From the NCBI GenBank assembly GCA_043228905.1, contig JBHGNT010000016.1, positions 4,836,001-4,900,000 of the forward strand: a DNA stretch of 64,000 nucleotides, read 5' to 3'. Of this stretch, positions 53,201 to 62,898 are shown one piece after another. The notes below the pieces were generated by a model that worked only from the letters and a program-made list of their open reading frames with translations, was not told where the DNA came from and made no database searches. A program made the position numbers and the translations under genes. Every line of letters starts with the position of its first letter. The first letter of the stretch is position 1. The stretch is from Azolla caroliniana. Lineage: Eukaryota > Plantae > Polypodiophyta.

Positions 53201-54211
53201 GCGCGTCATCAAGCCCATACCTCTCGAGGAGCTATGCTTCGAATTCTCCCGAGGTCCGGCATCTAGCCTATACCTCGAACACCTCTGCGTGGATGCCTGG
53301 TGTCGCCATCCAAGGGAACCCGACCAGACGCCTATCCGCCAGAATGTCTCTCATCACCATCTCGGCTCGGTAGGCCACCAAATATCTCGTGGCGTCCTTC
53401 CCACCGAATCGGCCTATTGTGGCGACAATTGCTTCAATGGCCCTGTCGAGGGCGCTTGTGCCTTCGCGAGAACTTACTATCTGATCGACCGCTGTCGCCA
53501 TGGCTTCGGCGAGCTCCAATCCCTTCATCTTCGACTCCTCTACCGCCCAGTTTCACGTCGGGTTCACCAAATATGTCGCGTTGTTACGCTTTCGCATGTG
53601 AAATAATGTGGGACCACGGGGGCCCTAAACTGAGGAGCAGGAGAGACAAGAGGAAGCAAGGAGCACGCAAGTGTAAGGCCTGCTAGACCCGTCGGCAGCC
53701 GGCGGCACTTGCCCGCTGATTGAACCACCAACGCGCACCAACTTAATCAAGGAGCACACTTGAGAGAAGTGAAAGAAGCCACTCCCAAAAACACAGATAA
53801 CATAGATGACACAGATAGACGGAAACAAGAGATCAATTACAATAGAAGTGACAATTACAACGATGGCAAACCTTGCAAAGGATGATGATAGAGGAAGCGA
53901 GAGCTCGGTTCCTAGTCTGACAACACCTCCTTCCCTCCCTAAAACTTGATACATCCCCCTTCTTTTCCCCTTTTCTTTTTATAGGTCATCCAGGAGGCCA
54001 TTACATCAAAATATGCTAACTTTATTCTCTGTCTCTTTGGACAGAGATACGCATTGATTTCCTAATTAATAAATATGTCATACTTAGTATATTTACATCA
54101 ACCGTCCTATGCTTAGTTGTGTACAATGCGTCAATTCGCGCACACTGGTGCAAGGGCGGGTTCACGCCTTTAATCCCTTGATTCCTCTTAGCGCTGGTTT
54201 TCTCCACGACA
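47230..54211 (-). mobile_element. Full-length but decayed Ty3/gypsy element (family A) inserted in the copia integrase
   Basis: LTRs 47230-47876 and 53574-54211 with TGTC(G)...(C)GACA termini. 4-bp TSD ACGT; removing the element restores copia YYV|LFIDDF. PBS TGGTGAACCCGACGTGAA, PPT GGTGGGGGTGGA. Order gag, PR (LIDHGSEIN), RT (LPQGGTNS, PFLDD), RH, IN (H-H-C-C, RWFGSY), with many stops and frameshifts. Confidence 0.93.
53552..53569 (-). promoter_or_regulatory. Primer binding site complementary to the tRNA-Trp 3' end (gypsy A)
   Basis: Plus strand TTCACGTCGGGTTCACCA matches the plant cytosolic tRNA-Trp 3' end plus CCA as I recall it, 4 bp from the LTR. Confidence 0.8.
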
Positions 54212-55056
54212 ACGTGCTCTTCATCGACGACTTCTCCGGGCACACGTGGCTCTATTCGATGCGGCAAAAGAGCGAAGTGTTCGGATACTTCCAAAAGTTT
54301 AAAAACGAAGTCGAAAAAGCCATTGGTTGTCATGTACGTTGCCTTCGATCGGATGGCGGCAAGGAGTACTTCTCGGAAGATTTCACGGCATATCTCCGAA
54401 AGAAAGGAATTCGGCGAGAATTTACTTGTCGACACACTCCGCAACAAAACGGAGTAGCTGAGCGCAAAAATCGGCAAATCCTCGAAGTAGCGCGGGCCAT
54501 GATGAACGAGAAGCATATGCCCAAGTCATATTGGGCCAAAGCTGCAAATACGGCCGTCTACCTAATGAACCGGTGCACAAGATCCGGAGTACACGAGGTC
54601 ACTCCGCATGGAAAATACTTCAGAAAGAAGCCGGACTTATCGCACACCCGAATATTCGGCGCGATAGCATACGTGCACATACCAGACAAAAAGCGGCAAA
54701 AGCTAGATCCAAAGTCGGAGAAATGTATCCTCGTAGGATACTCACTGAAACAAAAGGGGTACAAATGCTACAACCCCTCTACCCGAAAAGTTTGAGTAAG
54801 TGGAGACATCGTGTTCGACGAATCCGCATCCTGGTACGCACCAGAGAAGATTCCGACTTCGACCCCGATTGACGCGGAACTGGCTGAACAAGAGCGAGAA
54901 GGTGGAGATCGCCTCGAAGACATGTTCGAAGATAGCCCGATTACCACAAGGCTAAGTGGGCCACAAGAGCCCCCGAGCGATCAAAGCACATTACGGCCTA
55001 GCCCGAAGATGGATAAAGGCAAGGCGAAAATGGCGGAATACAAAGACGATGAGTCC

Positions 55057-58000
55057 ATTCGAGAGTGGCTTCCGAGAGTCCATCGAATGAATCCTGTTTC
55101 CCTCGTAGTAGATGAGATCCCGCCGTAGCGCCTCCTTATGCTCGTCGCAATCCCTCCGATTGTGTTCGGCGCTATTGCACCATATGCACCGTCGGTCCGT
55201 ATACTTGGAGCTTGTGGGGCGGTCATCCGACTTCTTCACCATCGCGATCTTCAGATTCTCCATCTCCTTCAATAGTTGCTCCACCGTAGATGCATCAATC
55301 CCCTTCTCGGTTGTAGTCTCTCGAGCCCTCGGTTGATGGTCTTCCAATCCAGTTCTCGGTTTCGGAATCGGTTCTGAAACCCTCTTTTCCTCGTTGGCAA
55401 GCCATTGCCCCCTCTTCGTGTATCGCGCGACGATATCCCGCACGCTTTCCCATGTTTCGGTGAGGCCACTCTCCGTGGTCGTGTCCTCCAAGAGCACTCT
55501 GAGATCTTTCCGGTCCCGGACGTCCACGGCTCGCAAGAACATGATCACCTTGTCCGGTACGAGGATAGGTTGATCTCTCGCGGACAACCTCCCGAACCGG
55601 CTTTCGAATGCCGAAAACACATCAACGACCTTCAATCCCTTGTTCGGCGTCTCCACCCAATCTTCGAATCCCCTTCGCGTCGCCTTGGAGGAATCCTCGA
55701 TGGCGAACGTCCTCTTTAGCTCTTCTTCAAACGCCTCCCATGTCGGATTTTGTTGTCGTAGCCCATGGATGCTTGCTTGAAGCCCGTCAGTCGCCACCCG
55801 GTTGAAGGACGTCACTTGCAGTCCTTCTGATATTCCGCACCGTAGCATCTCCGCCTTGTAGTCCCGAAGATACCGTGACACGTCTTTCCCGTTGAATTGC
55901 CCGTTTCGTTGCACGAGCCGCTCCACTGATGCCGCTATCTCCGACATCGCGCGTTGTTCTTGTAGCATGCGCTCGAACATCATCATCATGTTGCTAGCCT
56001 CCGGTTGATTTTCCATCTCCTTGCCACCCGGTGTTCACGTCGGGTTCACCAACTGTGTCGTGCCTTTCGGCTCCGGATCGTTACGTGAGTCGGGTGGGAA
56101 CCGCCGAGGTTTTTGACTAGGAGGAAGAGGAATACAAATTAAGGCTAGTTATGAATAGTGGAAAGAGAAGTAAGATAGCAATCTCGTGAATCCCACGAGT
56201 TTAGTGTATTTTAAACAATATTTAGATTATAAGAGTAATTTAGATGGCAAAATTCGTGAATCCCACGAATATATTAGATTGATCAATCCTTGTATATTAA
56301 TCAACAACCTTATACATATTTCTCTCCTCCTTATATAAAGATGGAAGAGGCTAAGCATGGCTTCATGCTTTTTCACAAAAAGTGTCCATGCACACTAAAT
56401 GTGCATGTGATGCTTTGTCATTTCCTAAGTATAGGGCTCATCCACGCTAGATGTGCATGAGTCACTTTTAATATCACGTGTAAATAAAATATTCACACCC
56501 TAAAGAATACATGATTTTTACCTTTTAATAAAGATATGTGTAAATAAAGGTCTTATATGTATTAAATCTATATGTATAACACTAAAGATAAGTTATTACA
56601 ATGGTAAAGTTGGGGTTTATCTATGTGGAGGTGCAGGGTTCGAATCTTGCCCTATGCATGTGACAAATGTTTTGATATATTATTTATTTATTTATATGTA
56701 TCTAAAATCGGATATATTATTTTATGGTTTTCACGTAGTGTGTGGAATACACTACGACACTCGCCCCCTCCGAACCCGCACATCCTCCGGTATGTGCCGA
56801 AGTTCTCGATTCCTCATATCCGTCTTCACCCAAAGCTTCCTCCGATTCTCCCCTTATGTCGATTATGAGTTGTAATTCACTTTCTTCGCTTCCCGCATCA
56901 CCATGGTCTTCATCCGATTGCTCCTCGTTGTCGGCCTTGGCTTGGATCACATAGGGTTTGTCGTCGGTCCGCTTCTTGAAAATCTTCACCCGCTTCCCGG
57001 CTATAGGCACTCGTAGTATTGTTCCATCCAACTCGGACAATCGGTACGTTCCGTTGTCAAAGACTTTCCGAACCTCGTATGGCCCGAACCACCTTTTCGC
57101 GAATTTCCGCATCGTTGTATATTGATGGTCCAAACTACTGTCATAGACGATCACCCAATCTCCTTCTTCAATCCTCCTCGGTCGTAGTCAGTGCTTTGTG
57201 TCGAACCGGCTTTTGTTCCGGAATCGTGCTTCTTGTTGTCGGCGTATTGCTTCCGCTATGTCTGCCGGTCTTCCCTCTAGTTGTCGTATCCGGACCGCTA
57301 GTAGTTCTTCCCGGCTCATCTCTTCCTTCCACGGTAGCACTGTCCATGTTGTGATCGCGGTTTCCGTCGGCATTACCGGTGCTTGTCCAGTCATGAGTTC
57401 TGCCGGCATGTAACCAGTTACGGAGCTATGCGTCGTCCGATCCGTCCATAGTGCATACGGAAGCATCTACGGCCAGTCCTTCACCTTTCCATCGCATGCC
57501 TTCGCAAGTGCTTTCACGATCGGACTATGTCCTCGTTCGATTTTCCCGTTGGCCTCCGGATTGTATGCCGTTGTCAGTGATAACCGAACTCCGTGTTTGG
57601 CGAAGAATCCCCTAGCTTTGTCCGAGTCGAGTTCTCCCCGGTCCGCAATCACTTGCCCTACGCACCCGTACCTGCAAAATACTTCCTCCAAAAGAAATTG
57701 GCATACCGCGGAACACGTTTTCCTCTGAAGCGCTCGACCTTCTACTTGATTTGTGAGATCTTCCCGAGCTAATACCAAGTATTTCTTTTGTCCAATCCCG
57801 GTCGGCATGGCCACTATGTCGACCATCCACTTGAAGTTGACTGTCGGTGAGAATGTCGGATGTAACTTATCTCGATGTCGAACCCCGGAGTAGACTTGAC
57901 ATTTCGCGCAGCTTTCCGTGAACTCCGCGACATCTTTGTACATTTTCTTCCACCAATATTTTTGCTTGATCTTCACAAATGTTGCCCATGTTCCTCGGTG

Positions 58001-59004
58001 TCCAACCCAATCGGATTCGTGAAACTCGGACATTATCCGGTTTCGTTGCTCTTTTGTCCCGACTACTGGAAGTGGTATACCATCCGGTCTTTTCGGCGCC
58101 CTCCATATTAATCCGTTTTCCAAGAAGAACTTTTGGACTTGCCTCTTCTTCCTTCGGATCTCGGCTCTTCTTCCTTTATCGTTTGTTGAATCCTCGGCCT
58201 CTTGTAACATCTTTCCGATCATCAAGCTTTCTCCCTCGTATTCTTCTTCCCGGAATTCTCGGATTACGTTCACTCGGCATATGTGCTCCGACGCGAAGTA
58301 GTCTTCGGAAACTTCTTCATTATCCGATTCGGTTATGTCATCTCTGAACCGAGCCCTTGATAACATATCCGCTACCGCGTTGTCCTTCCCCGAGATGTGT
58401 CGAACCTCCGGATTAAGCGACTTGACATATGCAACCCACCTTAGCATAGCTACATCCGGTATCGTACAACACCGCATCATCCCGAGTATCGGAAGACAAT
58501 CCGTCTCGATCACCACTTCGGCTCCGATCAAATAATCCCGATCCGATTTTATCGCCGACACGACTCCCCACAGTTCTCTTTTGAATTGTGCATATCCACA
58601 TTGCCTTTCGTTGAGAACCTTTGCTCCGAATCGGATCGGATACCGCGAACCATCCGAGTCGGCTTGATTGATGACCCACCCGATACCGGTTGGACTTGTA
58701 TCAACCGTTACTATGGTCGGTCGGTCGTAGCTCAGCTTTTTAAGTGCTTCCGCCCTCCGAAGTGTCTTCTTCAATTTCTTCATGGCTTTGGTGTGTTCCG
58801 GTTTCCATTCGAATTTCTTACATTTCCGCAACAAGTGGTAGAGCGGGTCCGCTATATGTGCATAGTGCGGAATCCATATGTGATAGAATGCACATGCACC
58901 GAGAAACCTTCGGACTTCGGATGTTGACTCGCATACTTCCTCCATAGCTTGAATCGCATCGATCTTTGTTGGTGACGGTCTTTGGTCGTAGGGCCCACAT
59001 AGAT
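55057..59004 (-). mobile_element. Circularly permuted Ty3/gypsy segment (family B): partial RT-RH-IN-PPT-LTR-PBS-partial gag
   Basis: On the minus strand: RT C-terminus, RH and IN from about 59004 to 56800, PPT GGAGGGGGCGAG at 56760-56771, a single LTR at 56056-56759 (TGTCG...CGACA), PBS at 56034-56051, gag from ATG 56016 to about 55060 (CIWCNSAEHNRRDC). Confidence 0.9.
56034..56051 (-). promoter_or_regulatory. Primer binding site complementary to tRNA-Trp (gypsy B)
   Basis: Same 18-mer TTCACGTCGGGTTCACCA as in gypsy A, 4 bp from the LTR edge. Confidence 0.8.
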
Positions 59005-60222
59005 CACTCAACCCAATCTCAGTTATCCGGTCGGTCTCCTTTGCCAATTCATACAAACACCGTGTGATACTCACTTGGATTGCACTAAGCGAGTTCTACG
59101 ATACGTGAGCGGCACAATGGATTGTGTCATCCTCTACAAGACCGTGATGCCAATACGACTCGAGGGTCACACAGACGCCGATTGGGCCGAATACAAAGCC
59201 GATAGAAGATCAACCTCCGGATTTGTTTTTTCCCTCAGCAGCGGAGCAATATCCTGGAGCAGCAAAAAGCAACCAATCGTTGCTCTTTCGAGCACAGAGG
59301 CGGAATACAGGGGCCCGGCAGTGGCCGCATGTGAAGCCGTATGGCTCAAAAGGATACTCAAGGATCTGGGTGTACCCATCAAGGATCTGACTTCCCTTTA
59401 CTGCGACAACATGAGCAGTATCTATCTGGCTCGAAACCTTATGTTCCATGTGCGGACAAAGCACATCGGAGTGCACTATCACTTCATCCGAGAGTGCATT
59501 CTAGCTGGCGATGTCGACCTACAACACATTAGCACCAATCTTCAAACGACCGACATCTTCACTAAAGCCTTAGGAGCCGACAAGCTATGGCAATTCATGA
59601 CCGATCTCGAATTGACGATCCCCGACCTGCCAAGTTTGAGGGGGAGTACTGAAGACACTACGCAATAACGTGTGGATTCCGCAACCGTGCAACGAAGTCG
59701 CGAAGAGCTGATCTACCGCGCAAAGCCGCGAAGAAAGACGCAAGCCGAAGAACAGACTTCGCAACTATGCATTCCGCGATTCCGCATAAATGCGAGCCGA
59801 CGCGAACTCTGGAATGCGAGTCGAAGCGTACCTCTCGAGGGGGCGTGTTGAGAATCAAGCTCAACTTGGTCTAGTGTGTGAACTCACCTTGAGAATGAAT
59901 AGACACTCCAACGGTCAAGAGTCACCATTATGTCACCACTTTGTATTCTAGCATTTAGTATGAGTTATGATTCTATGACACATAACTTATGAGCTTTCAC
60001 ATTCCCCATGCTCCATGAGTCTTGTAATTAATGAAGAGAGAGGGTGACTATATAAAGCACCCTCTTCCCACATTGTATAATGTTGAGTCTTTCTCCTTTG
60101 TTAATATACTTTACATTACGTATTCTATGTGTCTTACTCCTTGTCTCTCTCACTCTCATACACACACACAGCTCATATCTATTCCGCTACACAGAATCCA
60201 TCTCTTGATTCTTTACAAGAAC

Positions 60223-60900
60223 ATTCCATGAGTCTATATTTCAAGTTGGAAGCATATCAAACACTTCATGTGCTTTCTCTAAGACTCCACACTTAGCACA
60301 TAGATCAACCAATGCATTGCCAACAACTTGGTTTCTCTTCAGCATGCCCATTTCCTCAATCTTTGCATGAATTTCTCTGTCCTTTTCTACTACTCCAACG
60401 CTAGCACAAGCTTTTAGAGTACATGTAAACGTGACAGAATTAGGAGAGATTCTCTACTTTTGCATTTGATCAAAAGCATTAAGGGCCTCCTCGTCATGCT
60501 CACAATGCACATAACCCGTTATCAATGTATTGTATGTCACTGCATCACATATGGGAAGTTTGTCAAACACTAACTTTGTTTTTGTTAGCATGCCACATTT
60601 CGACTACATATCTACTAGTCCATTTCCAACAAGTTGGTTTTTTCTTAAAAGGCCTTTCCTCTCAGCATCGAAATGTATTCTCCTCGCCCTTGTTTGTGGA
60701 TCTAATGCACCCACAAGCTTTCAAAATACATGCATATGTGACTTCATCTCTAGAAATTCCTTGAAGTTGCATCTTCTTGAACTTATCCAACGCCTCCTCA
60801 CCTCTTTTGCTTTTTCAAGTGAGCCACATTTGGCATACATGTCAACTACTGCATTGCCAAAATTTTGGCTTGTTTTCAATTCAACACCTACTTCAACTAC
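60223..60900 (-). pseudogene. PLS-class PPR pseudogene, 5' part
   Basis: Repeats FGNAVVDMYAKCGSLEKAK, GEEALDKFKKMQLQGISRDEVTYACILKACG, VGNGLVDM*SKCG, DAVTYNTLITGY and VGNALVDLCAKCGVLEKAHEVFD, with several stops and deletions. Confidence 0.85.
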
Positions 60901-61029
60901 TGAATTTGTAGACACCAAACTTTCCACGTTGCCCATGCAACTGTTTTCTTCAACATGTGTGTACTTGCATTGCGTTGAAGTTCTGAATTGCAAAATTCAG
61001 AATATATTTCATCGAATACAACAATCACC

Positions 61030-61730
61030 TGCAAAAGAAAATGATTCTACTATCCTCGTCCCTCATGAAAGTATGCGTCAACCCCCAACAACGTCACCAC
61101 TCATCCTTATCAAACAAAGACAATATTCTTACTTTTTCCCAACCAACATGTCATCGATTACACCAACGTTCACATCAACCATCTCGCTGTAGAATACCAA
61201 AGTCTTGTACATACCAAAAAACATAATGACACTACTCTCTTAATCCCCTCATGAAATTCCGCTTTTTCCCCCGACACCATCGTCACTCATCCTTTACCAA
61301 AATAGACAATGTTCTTCGTTTTCCACATCCCGTCTGTTCATTTACCACCAAAGTCCTGTACAAACAAAAATAGAGTGAATGTGTTGTCCTCAACCCCTCA
61401 TAAAAAACTACTCAGCCCCCAACACCACCATGATTCCCTCATCCATAAAAAATAGAAAATTTGCTTCAAAGACCACATCAACCATCTTGTTGTATACCAC
61501 CAAGGACTTGTACCAAAAAACATAATGACACTACTCTCTTGATCCCCTCATGAAATTCTGCTTCTTCCCCCGATACCATCATCACTCATCCTTTACCAAA
61601 ATAGACAATGTTCTTCGTTTTCCACATCAATCATATGTTCGTTTACCACCAAAGTCGTATACAAACAAAAATATAGTGAATGTGTTGTCCTCATCCGCTC
61701 ATAAAAAACTGCTTCAACCCCCAACCCTTG
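61030..61730. repeat. Degenerate tandem repeat of about 150-bp monomers arranged as about 300-bp dimers
   Basis: About 61196-61420 closely matches about 61499-61727. The intervening and preceding monomers share CCCTCAT(G)AAA and CACTCATCC cores. Confidence 0.75.
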
Positions 61731-62247
61731 AGTGATGGGGTTTTTGAGGGGATTAGTAAAAGTTTGAGTCTAAGATCTTCAACAAGGAAAGCTTTTACCA
61801 AGTTGTGGACAAACTTTGCATATTTAAGAATGCCCTTAGCTATCCTTTGGTTAATCGTAAGTTGGGAAAGTAAAAATCTTGTGTTGGCTATTGTCAAACA
61901 AAAGGAGAAAATGATGTACACAAATCAATTGGGACATTGAAGAAAATGTATGGGACAAATCTTCAAAATCAAATATTTTTGGATGGAGAAGATTGGTTTT
62001 GTGAAGTTTTTTCGAATTGAAGGAAGCCAAAGCAAGAGGAATACATGTATTGATGTATCAAGAGGACATGATGCAAAATATATGTTACAAATTATACATT
62101 TGGGAGCCATGAGACAAGAGAACATTGAGGATGTGGCATATCCACATCCTCTATGTTATTATAATCCTGCAACTATCAAAACAGTTCGATAGTTGTTAAG
62201 AACATTAAGGATGTGGATATCTTTGGTTATCTAAGTTCCATAACATC

Positions 62248-62818
62248 ATCGGTCATCTTGTCACCCGTTGAAATTTATTGGAAGAAAGTCACTTGAGAGG
62301 GAAGTGTTTATATTGTTGCTCTGTAGACTTCAATAAAGCTTTTGGTCCAACATATTTGGATGTGCATGGAAGATCTTGGGGTGCCAAAGATTATATGTGT
62401 CTATAGGCGATAGAACTTCATTTTTTTTTATAACACTACTGGTGTTAAGCAAGGATATCCAAGCTTAATAACTCTATTTGGTCTATGCATTGATGAAATA
62501 TGTAAAGAAGCATGTGTGATTTTGTGCAACGGAAGAGATGTGTGTGTGTGTGTGTATGTGTGATCGGTCATCTTGTCACCTGTTGAAATTTATTGGAAGA
62601 AAGTCACTTGAGAGGGAAGTGTTTATATTGTTGCTCTGTAGACTTCAATAAAGCTTTTGGTCCATGAGCATATTTGGATGTGCATGGAAGATCTTGGGGT
62701 GCCAAAGATTATATGTTTGTATGGGCGATAGAACTTCATTTTTTATTATAACACTACTAGTGTTAAGCAAGGATATCCAAGCTTAATAACTCTATTTGGT
62801 CTATGCATTGATGAAATA
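62248..62818 (+). mobile_element. LINE RT remnant, tandemly duplicated with a period of about 315 bp
   Basis: GHLVT...LLEESHLRGKCLYCCSVDFNKAF and GVKQGYP...TLFGLCIDE (LINE RT motifs D-F-x-K-A-F and G-V-x-Q-G) are present twice, at 62248-62500 and 62563-62818. Confidence 0.75.
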
Positions 62819-62855
62819 TGTAAAGAAGCGTGTGTGATTTTGTGCAACGGAAGAG

Positions 62856-62898
<43 letters not shown>

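Larger units (their letters stand above)
46109..60217 (+). mobile_element. Ty1/copia LTR retrotransposon (defective), host of two nested gypsy sequences
   Basis: TSD AGAAC at 46104-46108 and 60218-60222. Truncated 5' LTR 46109 to about 46181 and full 3' LTR 59846-60217 both start TGTTGAGAATCAAGCTCAAC. Zn knuckle CGYCGKLSHHEEEC, protease WFVDSGASNHM, integrase at about 46980-47229 and 54216-54830, RT end and RNase H 59003-59668, PPT GAGGGGGCG. Confidence 0.93.

Noticed and set aside
53552-56051. tRNA-Trp genes
   Set aside because: Only the 18-nt 3' end including CCA is present, next to LTRs. These are primer binding sites with no cloverleaf.
54991-59074. ORFs 54991-56016 and 57467-59074 as novel fusion proteins
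   Set aside because: Their outer ends are antisense copia sequence read across the breakpoints. The rest is ordinary gypsy gag and pol.
60530-61192. 220-aa plus-strand ORF
   Set aside because: It is antisense to the PPR remnant, runs into the tandem repeat and has no recognisable motifs.
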